Position numbers and translations under genes: made by a program | Shown: positions 1 through 10,182 of the stretch, one piece after another | How positions within the stretch are numbered: position 1 is the first letter of the stretch | Layout: every line of letters begins with the position of its first letter | The notes under the pieces: model-generated | Databases searched by the model: none | What the model saw: the letters and a program-made list of their open reading frames with translations, nothing else | What the model was told of the DNA's origin: nothing | Virus record (IMG/VR): IMGVR_UViG_3300037537_001028 | Reading direction: 5' to 3' (one strand) | Length of the DNA: 64,000 bases | Origin: an uncultured virus (IMG/VR IMGVR_UViG_3300037537_001028) | Lineage: Duplodnaviria > Heunggongvirae > Uroviricota > Caudoviricetes

Positions 1-98
1 ATAAGTCTGTAACCTTGGATTTCACCGTGCAGGTTGATTCTGGTTCAGATTCTTACGGTTCTGGTACTGCAGGTTTTTGGTTGCAACAGGTCACCTAA
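1..98 (+). CDS. 3' end of a gene truncated by the window edge; probable tail tube / major tail protein
   Basis: Open frame 3..98 reads KSVTLDFTVQVDSGSDSYGSGTAGFWLQQVT-stop. It is followed by a terminator and lies upstream of chaperone-like ORFs and the TMP, the usual place for the tube gene. Call is by synteny only. Confidence 0.45.
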   Translation, partial: KSVTLDFTVQVDSGSDSYGSGTAGFWLQQVT

Positions 99-137
99 TA
101 GGTTAGTTTGCTAATCCAATTCTTTTTCTTTTAGAAG

Positions 138-166
138 ATCCCCACCAAACAGTGGGGATTTTTTTT
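138..166 (+). terminator. Rho-independent terminator
   Basis: ATCCCCAC-caaaca-GTGGGGAT stem-loop followed by a run of T. Confidence 0.85.
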
Positions 167-175
167 GTTTTTCTT

Positions 176-181
176 GTGTAA
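176..181 (+). promoter_or_regulatory. GTGTAA candidate late-promoter motif
   Basis: Same hexamer lies 14-30 nt upstream of the start codons at 205, 2558, 14141 and 23948; here it follows a terminator. Confidence 0.5.
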
Positions 182-204
182 TTAAATATAACTTCAAAGA
201 AGCT

Positions 205-507
205 ATGAAGTTGGAAAAAGGAGCTAGCGTAAAGGATATCATATCTTTTCAGGTGCATAGGAATATTATAAACCTGTACAAAAGGTATTTTGAGATTACA
301 GAGGACCTTCTTAGGGAGCACAAAGCTTTCATTTCAAAACTTCAAGATAGAGAATTAGGTGATATTGATATAGAATCTGTTGATTATTTTACTGATGAAA
401 AATATGATTGTATTAGAAAAAGAATTTTAGATTCTGGTAACGACTGCATTAGAGAGATAGAAAAAGCATTAGAATTTGTTGATATAATATTAAAAAAAGA
501 TGAGTGA
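205..507 (+). CDS. hypothetical phage protein (tail module)
   Basis: 100-aa ORF overlapping the start of the next gene; helical-looking sequence. Confidence 0.75.
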   Translation: MKLEKGASVKDIISFQVHRNIINLYKRYFEITEDLLREHKAFISKLQDRELGDIDIESVDYFTDEKYDCIRKRILDSGNDCIREIEKALEFVDIILKKDE

Positions 508-1504
508 AGAAAAAATAAACACAAAAAAGTGGCTTTACACTTTTAAGGTTCCTAGGAAATATAAAAAAAAGGTAGAAGAGGAGTCCAAGGATGAGAAGGG
601 CAACCCCATCACTATCACTAGAGAAAAAGATGTCGTCGAAGACATAAATATATTCCTAAAGAGGCCAACTAGAAAGATGTTCGACGAGTGCAACCTATTC
701 TATTCAGTAAAGGTTTCAGAGGGGGTTAAAGCTGGTCTCTTGACACGGGCCATGATCAACAAGAGATATAAGAATGATGGTGGCGGGTTAAGTGAAGAAG
801 AGCAGAAGGATTTTAACGAGAAATATGGAGAGCTGCTACTTAAAGAAAGAGAGTTTCAAGTAGTCCAATTAAATTTACAAGATGATAAGGATATATCAGA
901 CGAAGAAAGGCAAAAGAGACTGGGTGTATTAGTGGAAGAAATGGAAGACCTTAAAGCGGAGCTTGAAAAGTACCAAGTCACAGCGGAGGCCTTATATGAA
1001 CACACTTCTGAAGCTAGGGCAGCTAGACTGACTAATATGTGGTGGTTGCTGCATCTAACTTATATAAAATTTAAAAATGACAAGAGGGGTGGAATAGACG
1101 ACTACATGCCCTTATTTGCTGGTAAGAATTTCGAGCAAAAGACCGAAGCCTACGAACTCGTTGAAGAGCGTATAGAAGCAGAAGAAGATAGATATATTCA
1201 TTTTGAGGCCGAGACCATCGAAAAATCTGGATATCTTTTAGCTGCATGGAACGGTGGAAACTGTAAGACTTTTGAAGATTTTGAGAGAGTAGATAAGTCG
1301 TTAGAGTATATTCGGGAGGAAGTTAGGAAAGATGACACTCTTCAAGAGGTATATGAGGATAAGATTAAGCTCTTAGCGGGCCTTGAGGTGCCCATAGAGC
1401 CATTTAAACCAGAAAAGGATACCAAGGTAGCGGAGGAGGAACCAGAGGAGCCAGAGGAGCCAGAAGAGACGGAAGATCCTGCCGAGGGCAAGGAGAGTGA
1501 ATGA
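500..1504 (+). CDS. acidic coiled-coil protein, possible tail assembly chaperone
   Basis: 334 aa, E/K-rich with an acidic tail; lies between the tube gene and the TMP. Confidence 0.55.
   Translation: MSEEKINTKKWLYTFKVPRKYKKKVEEESKDEKGNPITITREKDVVEDINIFLKRPTRKMFDECNLFYSVKVSEGVKAGLLTRAMINKRYKNDGGGLSEEEQKDFNEKYGELLLKEREFQVVQLNLQDDKDISDEERQKRLGVLVEEMEDLKAELEKYQVTAEALYEHTSEARAARLTNMWWLLHLTYIKFKNDKRGGIDDYMPLFAGKNFEQKTEAYELVEERIEAEEDRYIHFEAETIEKSGYLLAAWNGGNCKTFEDFERVDKSLEYIREEVRKDDTLQEVYEDKIKLLAGLEVPIEPFKPEKDTKVAEEEPEEPEEPEETEDPAEGKESE
1435..1467 (+). repeat. 9-bp tandem repeat GAGGA(A/G)CCA encoding EEP-EEP-EEP
   Basis: gaggaacca gaggagcca gaggagcca gaagag. Confidence 0.8.
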
Positions 1505-2510
1505 CCCTAAAAACATCTACCTCAAATATAAGAATCTGTACAGAGATATAATATTTGGCTACTCTGAAGAGAGGTTTAAATCTAATAAGAAAAAAGTATA
1601 CATCAAGCACTTAAATGACCTAGAGACAGGTCAGTCCGAAAGGAAGTATCAAGACTATCTTTTTTTGGGAAAAGAAAGAGGCCTGAAAACCGAAGATGAG
1701 TCTATAGAGTTTCTTATAGAAGAGGAGATATGGTCTAAAAAAAAAGAAGATAAGATCGAAAGCCTTGAAGACAAGCTATCAAATCTAAAAAATACAAAAC
1801 ACAAGTTAATAGTTAAGGCCCAATTATCTCAGTTAGAAGCGGAGATCAAACCCCTTTCTGACGAGCTATATATATTATCACGAGAAAGAATGGATAATAT
1901 TGGGATGACAGCAGAAAGTTTTGCTAATAAAAAAATTAGTGAAATGACTATACAAAGCTCTTTTTTTAAAGACAGAGACCTCAAGCAATTATTTTACTCA
2001 GAAGAAGAGTTTGATTACCTAGGCCAGATAGAGGTTAATGAGGCTTTGGCTATGTATGGAGATATGGTTTCCAGAAAGTTTGCTGGCGATGAGCTAAGAA
2101 GAGTAGCTGTTTGTCCTTTCTTTATGAATGTCTACGTGCTTTGTGACGATAACCCTTACAATTTTTTTGGCAAATCTATCTTAAGCCTTACTAACTTTCA
2201 GGTAGCTTTAATGTCTCAAGCTAAGTACTTCAAGAGCTTAATGTCTAACCATAAAAGTCCGCCAGAGGACTATTATAAAACTCCAGACAAGATTATAGAG
2301 TGGTTTGAGCTACAAAGTAAGACTACTGATGCTAAAAACTCCATGGAAGATAAAGGTGAAGCCGGAGGCAAGACTTTAATTGGCGCAAATAAAGACGAGA
2401 TAAAGTCTATGGAAAGCGGGGAAGAGGGAGTGATGAACCTTAACAAAGAAATAAAAAAACATGGAGGATCAATGGAATTTGAGGAAATATTAAAGATGCA
2501 TGGATTGTAG
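1497..2510 (+). CDS. pre-tape-measure protein, possible tail assembly chaperone
   Basis: 337 aa, coiled-coil centre, immediately upstream of the TMP. Confidence 0.55.
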   Translation: MNDPKNIYLKYKNLYRDIIFGYSEERFKSNKKKVYIKHLNDLETGQSERKYQDYLFLGKERGLKTEDESIEFLIEEEIWSKKKEDKIESLEDKLSNLKNTKHKLIVKAQLSQLEAEIKPLSDELYILSRERMDNIGMTAESFANKKISEMTIQSSFFKDRDLKQLFYSEEEFDYLGQIEVNEALAMYGDMVSRKFAGDELRRVAVCPFFMNVYVLCDDNPYNFFGKSILSLTNFQVALMSQAKYFKSLMSNHKSPPEDYYKTPDKIIEWFELQSKTTDAKNSMEDKGEAGGKTLIGANKDEIKSMESGEEGVMNLNKEIKKHGGSMEFEEILKMHGL

Positions 2511-2521
2511 CCTATTTTAAA

Positions 2522-2553
2522 GTGTAATAACTTGGAAGTTATAAGGTTTAAGG
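2522..2553 (+). promoter_or_regulatory. GTGTAA motif plus TAAGGTTTAAGG leader element before the TMP
   Basis: GTGTAA at 2522; 12-mer TAAGGTTTAAGG at 2542-2553 is identical to 23934-23945. Confidence 0.55.
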
Positions 2554-2557
2554 AACT

Positions 2558-5500
2558 ATGGCTACTGCAGGATCTACCAGAATTAATATCGACCTAGCCT
2601 TGAATACTAAGGGTTTTAGGCCCCTTGGTAGAATCAATGGTCAACTAGGTGAGTTTGAGAAATCATTAGACGCTTCTAACGCCCGCGTCTTGGCTTTCGG
2701 CGCTTCAGCCGGAGCAATATTGGCTGTTAAGAAAGCTTTCACAGCAACTGTCAAAGCTGCCATAGAGGTACAAAAATCTCTAAAAGACATTAATGTAATA
2801 CTTCAGGCTACCTCAGGCAACCTCAAGAAATTCGGATCAGAGTTATTTAAAATAGCTTCTGACACTGGTCAAGCTTTTAGCGTAGCTGCTGAAGCTGCCA
2901 CCGAATTAGCTAGGCAGGGTTTAGGTACAGTCGAAACCCTTAAGAGAACCAGAGACGCTCTGATATTGGCTAGGTTATCCGGTCTGGATGCAGCGGCGGC
3001 TGTCAACGCTCTAACTGCTGCTTTAAACACTTTCACAAGAGTCGGCTTAGATAGTACGGCTATTATTAATAAACTAGCTAATGTTGATGCTGCGTTTGCT
3101 GTAAGTTCAGAAGATTTAGCTAAGGCTTTAGGTCGTGTAGGCTCTGCAGCTGTTGCTGCTGGTGTTGACTTAGATCAATTGTTAGCGATCGTAACTACAG
3201 CTCAGCAAAAAACCGCTAGAGGTGGCGCTGTGATTGGTAACAGTTTTAAGACTATCTTTACCAGAATACAGAGACCTAGGGTTATAAAGCAGCTGGAAAG
3301 TTTAGGTGTCGCCGTAAAGGGCCTAGAAGGGGAAGCTTTGCCTGCGATGAAGGTGTTAGAGAACTTAGCTAAACAGTTTGACAACTTGAGCCAATCCCAA
3401 AGAGCTCAAATCTCAGAGCTTGTTGGTGGTGTTTTTCAAGTCAACATTTTGAAAGCCGCCTTAAGTGATCTAAGTAGAGAGCAATCTATCTACAACAGAG
3501 CTTTGGGAATTTCTATTGGATCCTCTGACCAAGCTATCAGAAGGAATGAAGAGCTGAATCAAACTTTAGCTGCGCAATTTCAAAAGACTTTAAATACCTT
3601 TAAAGAAGCAGCTGCGGAGCTTGGCACTTTAACTCTAGCTCCAGCTATGGAGAATATATTTGGAGCAATAAACAAGACTTTTGAGTCGGCTGCTAGTGAT
3701 GGCGACTTGGCTAAAACTGGACAGTTGATAGGGAAGAGCGTGTTTCAGGCTATCGGTAAATTTATAGGTGGCCCGGGCTTGATTATTATAGGAGGCGTAT
3801 TGTTTAAAACTTTTGCTACTCTTGCCACTTTTGCTGCTGACGCTTTTAAAACTTTAACTGGTTTAAATAGGCAATTTCAAACTCAACTCAATTTACAAAA
3901 ACAAATTTTCAGTGTCCTGAGCGAGAATCCGAGCTTAATGGATAAAATTAAGAATGGAACTATGACTGTTGAGGACGCTCATCAACTTGTATTAAATAAA
4001 ATTAATCAACAAACTGGAGCTTTAGAAAGACAACTTCAAGTATCTAATTCAATAGCTTCCTCCCTAACCAAAGGTGGAGTAGCTTATTCTGCCGACTTTG
4101 GTGCTACTACAGGTGGAGCAAGAAAATTTGGTCGAAGACCAAAGGGTAAAAGTGGCGGGTTCGTTCCTAACTTTGCTAGAGATGATGAAGTTATGGGCAT
4201 GATGATGGGTGGCTATTCAGGTGCTCAGTTATCTAATCCCAAAGTAAGAAGAGATACTATTCATAACGGGAGAGGTGGGGCTTTTTCTGCTTTCACCAAT
4301 GGTCACGAAAAAGTAGTTGACTTTACTAATACTAAAGGCAAAAAGGCTACGGCGGTTATTCCTCCTAAAGGCACCCCGGCTTATGACGATTTCATAGGTG
4401 CTCTATCCGGGGGATACGTTCCTAACTTTGCAAGTGTTTCGGCTGTTACCAAGAAAATTATGGGAGGCAAGAACCCAACTGGCTGGAACAACATGAATCT
4501 AGCTCCTGCTACAGTGGCTCAAGCTAAAAAGAACTCCGCAGCTAGAAAGAGAAAAGCCGGACCAAAGAAAAAGATTGTCCACCCCTTGTTCGATGCTGGC
4601 AAGCAGTATGGCATGTTGGGCTTGTATGGTAATACAGATAAGGCAGCTACGATAACAGCTTCAACAAAAGATATAACCAGACTTAAGAATAGAAAAGGCA
4701 TACCCGGTTCGGTGCAGTTTTCGAACTTCTCCCAAAAATCCTTTGAAGGAGGGATGAGGAAGCAGAAGACGAGTTTTGGTTCTTTGATTAAGAAGCACAT
4801 GGCTAAACCTATGGAGAGGCTTAGTAACGATTTTGCCCAACAGATGGGCTTAAGGGATGATGCTCCAAGGGTTACTTCTACAAATATAGGCAGAAGGGGC
4901 AACTCTCTTCTACCTCCCGGTGCAGAAGGAGCTATATTTGAAACAAGTATAAACGCCTTGACTAAAAACGCCAAGGCTTTCGAGGCTGGCTTAGCAGGTG
5001 ACACTAGCGCTCTTTGGGATTTTGAAGAATCTGGTAACGTTGGTAGAGACTTCAAAAAGAAATTTGGGTTTAGTTCTGGATTAAAAAGAGCCGATGCTAA
5101 AAGGTCATTTAGTAAGGAAGCTATAAATAGTATAGGGAACAAAATGTTTAGTTCCTTACTAAACCCAGACGGATCTCCGGTACATAGGGGCAACAGGTTG
5201 GCTGTGAAGATGTCAAACTTCGCTCAGAATTATCCTACAATAACTAAGAAGAAGGGTAAAGCTGGAGGGTACATACCCAACTTTAGTGCTCTTCATAACG
5301 CAGTCATGCGGGAGAAATCTGCCGGTGTCCCAGCGAACAGAATAAGAGTCGGGTCCAGCCCCTCCCTTGCTTCAGGTATGAACCCTATGGGTTTGGGCGT
5401 CTGGAATACTAGGGACGAACCTAGGGGCCTTTCTCAGGGCATAGGTAGAAGTTTTGCTGGTGGAGCGAACCCCAAGAGAGCTGGTATTCCTAATTTTGCA

Positions 5501-8314
5501 GAAGGCATGTCCGCTGCGGATAAAAAAGCGGATAGATCTATGAACAAGAGTACGGCCCAGATGATGAAGATGAGCGCCATCATGATGGGTTTAAGTACAG
5601 GAATCTCCCTATTAAGGAACTCTGTAGACACTGAGACATCGGGGAATCATAAGCTAATATCTGGACTAGGTGCATTAGAAAGTGCTGTGATGACTGTCAT
5701 GATGGGTGGCATGATGGGTGGAATGTTTCCTAAGCTTGACGCTATGGGCAAAAAGTCACTTTCCATGCCGTTTGGTGGGGGAGCTGCGGGGCCAAGAGCC
5801 TTACATCAAAGAACAAGATCAATGCCAACTAGCTTTTTAGGTCCGGGCTCAGGCACTATTAGTGATCCGGGTAAAAGGGGAGGCACAAGAGCGTGGACGA
5901 ACAAACCCGGCGGTTGGTTTGGTGGGGGAGGGGCATATTTGCAAGGGGCGAGTAATCCGTATACTGCCTCTGGCGGGGCGAGTAGAGCAGCTGGTCAATT
6001 TATTTCAACGCCTAGTAAACTAGGAAGCGCAGTTGGTGCTACGGGAAGAGGTATCGCACGTGGAGCACGAGGTCTTGGTAGAGGAGCGATGAGTATGGGC
6101 AGAGGAATCAAATCAGGCGTTGCTGGTATGGGTCCTATAGGTGTTGCCGCCGGTGGACTTGCAGCTTATAAAGGCATAAGCACATTAGCGAATGAAACTT
6201 TTAACAGTTCTTTCAACGAAATGAAAGAAGCTACTTCCACTTTCAAAAAAGTCAGCGAAGAAGCTGAAAAGAATATAGGGGCTTTAACTAAATTTGGTGA
6301 CTCTGCAGAGCAGGCCTCTAAAGTGTTTCACGATTCTAACGCTACTATGGGGCAAGTAATGCAGGCTCAAAAAGAGATGGCAAAAGCGGCCCAAGACTTA
6401 CCTGCAAATATTAGAACCCAAATACAGAGTATGGTCGACCCGGGCCAAATACAAGCCGTGGTTCAGAAAGGTGTAGAGCAGCAGCAAGATGCAAAACGAA
6501 ATGCTCAAACTAGAGTTGACGTAGCCACAGCCACAAGAGAGATAAGAAAGAGTGACTTTTCTCTTACTGGTACTGGACTCTTTGATAGCGCAGCTACAGC
6601 TAAGAGAAAAGAAGCGAGAGACTTGAGGACAACTCGCGGAATCGGCAGGACAGCTCTTGGCACAGTCAGCGACAAAGATATCAATGCGCTGGGTTCTGGC
6701 AAACTATTAAGCGCTACGGAAGCTCTTTCTAGGGCGGATAGTAGTGAAAAATCTATACGGGAAGTTGGTGATGCGCTGGGAGGTATTGGTTTGGATCCAA
6801 TGGTAATAGACTCCCTTACAAAAGCTATGGAAGAGGGAGATTACGCTGCCAGACAAATGGCTCAAGGTGTGCTTGACGAGCTTCTACAAAGACGTAAGTT
6901 AGCTCAAGAGGAGAAAGCTATGGGTCCTGTAAGAGAAGCTTTGATTAAAAAGACTCGTGAAGCAACCATGGCAATACAAGAGCAAAAAGACGCCTTGCAA
7001 CTAGAGCAAAAGATAAGAAAAGAAACTATAAAAATCAGCAGTCAGGCGGCAGGAGCGTTCTTAAATGCTACCGGAAAAATAGAATTAGGCGTTAGAACTA
7101 AAATAGCAACGCAGTTGCAGGGATCTTCAGAAAAATTTGGAAGCGCTATTAGCGCAACAAACAAAGCCTTTGGCGGTACTCAGCTCGCAGGGACATCTCT
7201 CGGTCGGTCAGTCCAACAAAGTCTAAGGTCAGCTGCGTCTGGTGGCGTGGGCTCAATGAATACTCAGGCTATAGAAAGGCAAACAGAACAACTCAGGGCC
7301 GCGGCTGAGCAAGCTACAGGTAAGGAGAAGACGTCTCTTGAGAATCTTGCTAATCAACTAGAGGCTTTGAACGGAACAAGTAGATTGCTATTTAAAGAAA
7401 ATCAAAAACAAGTCTACGAGACAAGGGCAATTGCAATGGCTCAGAAAGCTGCCGCGAGACAACAGCAGAGACTTAAGTCTTTTGGTGGAAGTAAAGCTAT
7501 TCTGGATCCAAGTTCTTTAAATGGAGTAATTAATCAAATTACTAGTGGAGAAATGGCAATGGGAGTAGGCGCTAGAGCTGGAAGCAGAACAGGTTTTAAC
7601 AGAGGTAACGCTAACAGACTTGCTGGTCTGCAGGAATTGATGGGCGGCAAGTTGCCTGAGCATATGGTAGCTCAAGGAAGAAAAAGCGCCGCTCAAGTTA
7701 AACTCGCAGATATACGCGTCATGAATAAAAGATTTGGCATGGGCATGAGCGAAAAAGATATGAGATCGACAGCAAAAGAGCAAGCTGCGGAATTATTTAA
7801 GTCAGGTAATCCTATAGATAGAAACAATAAAGGCTTAGAGTCTTTAAATGGCACCATACTGCAACTAAATAACCTTTTAGGCGCTGCTCAAAATAATACA
7901 ATAGCAATGGGTAGCCAAGAAATGATAGCTGCACAGCAAGCGAGTGAGGGTGAGCAATTTATGACGAATAGCCGTTTTCAATTAACAAAAGGGGCAGGAA
8001 GAGAATTTGCCGCATTGCAGGGATATGGAGGAGCCGTATCTCAACAGCAGGGAAGGATAGATTCGGGATATTACGGGCCAGCAGGGGAGGAAGACAGGCG
8101 ACACGTAGCAAACCAAAGAGGGGCGGCTAGTAGGTTAATGCAGAGCAATCAAAACAACAATACCACAAATGTATATGTTAACGGAATTAATATGCAAGGA
8201 GATAGAGAGCAGCAGCGCAGGATGATGCAGATAATGCAGTACGCAGGCAGATATGATCCAAGACTGCGTCAAGCTATTGCTCAAGGAAATGTACCAGCAG
8301 GTCAAGGTTACTAA
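2558..8314 (+). CDS. phage tail tape measure protein (TP901-family core) with inserted domains
   Basis: 1918 aa, Ala/Gly/Lys-rich and helical. The N-terminal region (ELARQG...LARLSGLD...IINKLANVDAAFAVSSEDLAKAL...G.VIGNSFKTIFTRI) is the typical TP901/PhageMin_Tail core. Confidence 0.92.
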   Translation: MATAGSTRINIDLALNTKGFRPLGRINGQLGEFEKSLDASNARVLAFGASAGAILAVKKAFTATVKAAIEVQKSLKDINVILQATSGNLKKFGSELFKIASDTGQAFSVAAEAATELARQGLGTVETLKRTRDALILARLSGLDAAAAVNALTAALNTFTRVGLDSTAIINKLANVDAAFAVSSEDLAKALGRVGSAAVAAGVDLDQLLAIVTTAQQKTARGGAVIGNSFKTIFTRIQRPRVIKQLESLGVAVKGLEGEALPAMKVLENLAKQFDNLSQSQRAQISELVGGVFQVNILKAALSDLSREQSIYNRALGISIGSSDQAIRRNEELNQTLAAQFQKTLNTFKEAAAELGTLTLAPAMENIFGAINKTFESAASDGDLAKTGQLIGKSVFQAIGKFIGGPGLIIIGGVLFKTFATLATFAADAFKTLTGLNRQFQTQLNLQKQIFSVLSENPSLMDKIKNGTMTVEDAHQLVLNKINQQTGALERQLQVSNSIASSLTKGGVAYSADFGATTGGARKFGRRPKGKSGGFVPNFARDDEVMGMMMGGYSGAQLSNPKVRRDTIHNGRGGAFSAFTNGHEKVVDFTNTKGKKATAVIPPKGTPAYDDFIGALSGGYVPNFASVSAVTKKIMGGKNPTGWNNMNLAPATVAQAKKNSAARKRKAGPKKKIVHPLFDAGKQYGMLGLYGNTDKAATITASTKDITRLKNRKGIPGSVQFSNFSQKSFEGGMRKQKTSFGSLIKKHMAKPMERLSNDFAQQMGLRDDAPRVTSTNIGRRGNSLLPPGAEGAIFETSINALTKNAKAFEAGLAGDTSALWDFEESGNVGRDFKKKFGFSSGLKRADAKRSFSKEAINSIGNKMFSSLLNPDGSPVHRGNRLAVKMSNFAQNYPTITKKKGKAGGYIPNFSALHNAVMREKSAGVPANRIRVGSSPSLASGMNPMGLGVWNTRDEPRGLSQGIGRSFAGGANPKRAGIPNFAEGMSAADKKADRSMNKSTAQMMKMSAIMMGLSTGISLLRNSVDTETSGNHKLISGLGALESAVMTVMMGGMMGGMFPKLDAMGKKSLSMPFGGGAAGPRALHQRTRSMPTSFLGPGSGTISDPGKRGGTRAWTNKPGGWFGGGGAYLQGASNPYTASGGASRAAGQFISTPSKLGSAVGATGRGIARGARGLGRGAMSMGRGIKSGVAGMGPIGVAAGGLAAYKGISTLANETFNSSFNEMKEATSTFKKVSEEAEKNIGALTKFGDSAEQASKVFHDSNATMGQVMQAQKEMAKAAQDLPANIRTQIQSMVDPGQIQAVVQKGVEQQQDAKRNAQTRVDVATATREIRKSDFSLTGTGLFDSAATAKRKEARDLRTTRGIGRTALGTVSDKDINALGSGKLLSATEALSRADSSEKSIREVGDALGGIGLDPMVIDSLTKAMEEGDYAARQMAQGVLDELLQRRKLAQEEKAMGPVREALIKKTREATMAIQEQKDALQLEQKIRKETIKISSQAAGAFLNATGKIELGVRTKIATQLQGSSEKFGSAISATNKAFGGTQLAGTSLGRSVQQSLRSAASGGVGSMNTQAIERQTEQLRAAAEQATGKEKTSLENLANQLEALNGTSRLLFKENQKQVYETRAIAMAQKAAARQQQRLKSFGGSKAILDPSSLNGVINQITSGEMAMGVGARAGSRTGFNRGNANRLAGLQELMGGKLPEHMVAQGRKSAAQVKLADIRVMNKRFGMGMSEKDMRSTAKEQAAELFKSGNPIDRNNKGLESLNGTILQLNNLLGAAQNNTIAMGSQEMIAAQQASEGEQFMTNSRFQLTKGAGREFAALQGYGGAVSQQQGRIDSGYYGPAGEEDRRHVANQRGAASRLMQSNQNNNTTNVYVNGINMQGDREQQRRMMQIMQYAGRYDPRLRQAIAQGNVPAGQGY

Positions 8315-10179
8315 TGTCAACTATTAATCTAACGAACGCTGAAGTCTTAGACTTTTCTCAAACCGCCAACTATATAGATGGCGGTATTTACCAGTATGGC
8401 AGAACGGTCTCTTTAGCTATCAGTGCTTTTATATATCCGGGCAATAACGTAGAGTCTACCAACTTTGGAAAAGTAGATAAAGAAGAAAGAGCTCATCTTG
8501 ATGAAATACTGTCTAGCGGCTTTGTTACGAACATCAACATAGGAGGGCAAATAATAAGTGATGTAAAAATATTATCTTATGAATTTCCAACTAGTTCAGC
8601 TTCTCTAAACAATCATATAAATTTATTAAAAGTTAACATGAATTTAGAATTTTATGAAGCTTTTGATCAAACAGGGGATCTAAAACTAACCGACCCAGAT
8701 ATATATAAAGACTCTCCATTATTTTTGAAAAAAGATTATGCTCAGTACTTTTCATCTTTTGGGGAAAACTTTAGCTTTTCTATTAGTGACAATTATGAAC
8801 ATAACTTTACTCAGAATATAAGCTTTGCTCTTAGGCAGAATAGTGAAACTGAGGTAGACCTAGTGGCAAAAGCAAAAGAGCTAGCTTTAAAAGCTTTTAA
8901 TTTGACTGGCAATGCTATGGCTAAAGTAGGCTACATAGACAGCAGGTACGCCGATTTTTCAAGAATAGTTAAAGGCAGTGGTTTGTTTTCTGAATCTTAC
9001 GACTCTTTAAATAATAGATATTCAATAACCCGCACAATAAGTTCTAAGAATGGAGTATATAAATCTAGTCAAAAAGATGAAAAATGGTCAGCTAGTTTTA
9101 CTCATTCCGTACAAACAGGAGGAGACGGCTCCGTTTCTGTTACTGAGAGTGGAGTAATTCAAGGGAGAAGCGTTGAAAACATAGAGACCACAACGGACAA
9201 AGGTCAAGACACTTATGAAAATGCATATACAGGACTTGTGTCGATTAAAGCAGGAGCTTATGATAGATGTCAGGCTACATTTGCAACGTTTATAAAAGAC
9301 CCTCCAAGCTGGGTTCCCGGAGATCAAGAGTGGAATAACTCCGATAACCTAAAGGATAAGCTTATCTCTTTTGGTAGAAACATAAATAGAACCGGAGGAC
9401 AAATATCGTACACTATCTCGTTCACAAACAACCCACGTATGCATGCAGACGCAATTTTTGAATATACTATACAGGCGTCAAGGCAAACCAGTAATATTAC
9501 TTCTGTGACTGAATCTGGCACTATAAGGCCATATGAAGAAAGTAAAAATTCAGAATACGATCCTAAGACTTTGTACGATAAATTCGCTGCCTCTGATGAT
9601 GTAATAGCAAGGATAAAACCTTTATTTGAATCAGTCAGAGTGCCTTCGTCAACCTCAAATTTAACTTATCCTAAAAATCTAACTGGGTCTAATATATCTT
9701 TCCCTGCTTATGGGGTTGAGATTTCATACAGCTTTACTTATTCTGACGATCCTACTCTAAGAAACGAAACTTATGTTAGAAGGCTGGAAAAAACAGATGA
9801 TTATAAGATGCCTGTGGCTATGAGGTCTTCTGTAGTAGCTCCAAATATTAAAGAGACAAACTACGACTCAAATCAAAGCACAGAAGGAACTAAAAGCGTA
9901 TCAATGAATTGCGTTTTTAAAAGAAACCCCAGCTCTAACTTAATAAATAGTAGTCACACTAACTATTTGAAAACTGCATCAGACAGCGTTCTGACTAGTT
10001 TGAAAAACGAGACTCAAACCTCCGCTTTTGTTACGTCTCTACAGGCCGGAAAAGATGAATTGTCTTGGTATCTAAATGGTATGAGTTATAATTTTGGTTC
10101 TGACTATAATCTTAGCTACTCGGCTGACATGAGCTTTGTGGATAAGAAGGGTGTCGCAGCTGAAGCTCTGGAATATTAA
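8314..10179 (+). CDS. virion structural protein (tail tip/distal tail-like), internally repeated beta-rich units
   Basis: 621 aa, coupled to the TMP stop (TAATG); repeated SVTESGxI and ISYxxSF motifs. Confidence 0.6.
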   Translation: MSTINLTNAEVLDFSQTANYIDGGIYQYGRTVSLAISAFIYPGNNVESTNFGKVDKEERAHLDEILSSGFVTNINIGGQIISDVKILSYEFPTSSASLNNHINLLKVNMNLEFYEAFDQTGDLKLTDPDIYKDSPLFLKKDYAQYFSSFGENFSFSISDNYEHNFTQNISFALRQNSETEVDLVAKAKELALKAFNLTGNAMAKVGYIDSRYADFSRIVKGSGLFSESYDSLNNRYSITRTISSKNGVYKSSQKDEKWSASFTHSVQTGGDGSVSVTESGVIQGRSVENIETTTDKGQDTYENAYTGLVSIKAGAYDRCQATFATFIKDPPSWVPGDQEWNNSDNLKDKLISFGRNINRTGGQISYTISFTNNPRMHADAIFEYTIQASRQTSNITSVTESGTIRPYEESKNSEYDPKTLYDKFAASDDVIARIKPLFESVRVPSSTSNLTYPKNLTGSNISFPAYGVEISYSFTYSDDPTLRNETYVRRLEKTDDYKMPVAMRSSVVAPNIKETNYDSNQSTEGTKSVSMNCVFKRNPSSNLINSSHTNYLKTASDSVLTSLKNETQTSAFVTSLQAGKDELSWYLNGMSYNFGSDYNLSYSADMSFVDKKGVAAEALEY

Positions 10180-10182
10180 TAC

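Noticed and set aside
1400..1430. TTTAAAC slippery heptamer in the chaperone-like gene (lambda G/GT-type frameshift)
   Set aside because: It is read TTT-AAA-C, not T-TTA-AAC. The downstream ORF is in the +1 frame, which hits TAG a few codons later. No fusion is supported.
4519..5193. 224-aa antisense ORF within the TMP, and other short antisense ORFs in the track
   Set aside because: They are shadows of long sense ORFs with no promoter, start context or protein-like features.
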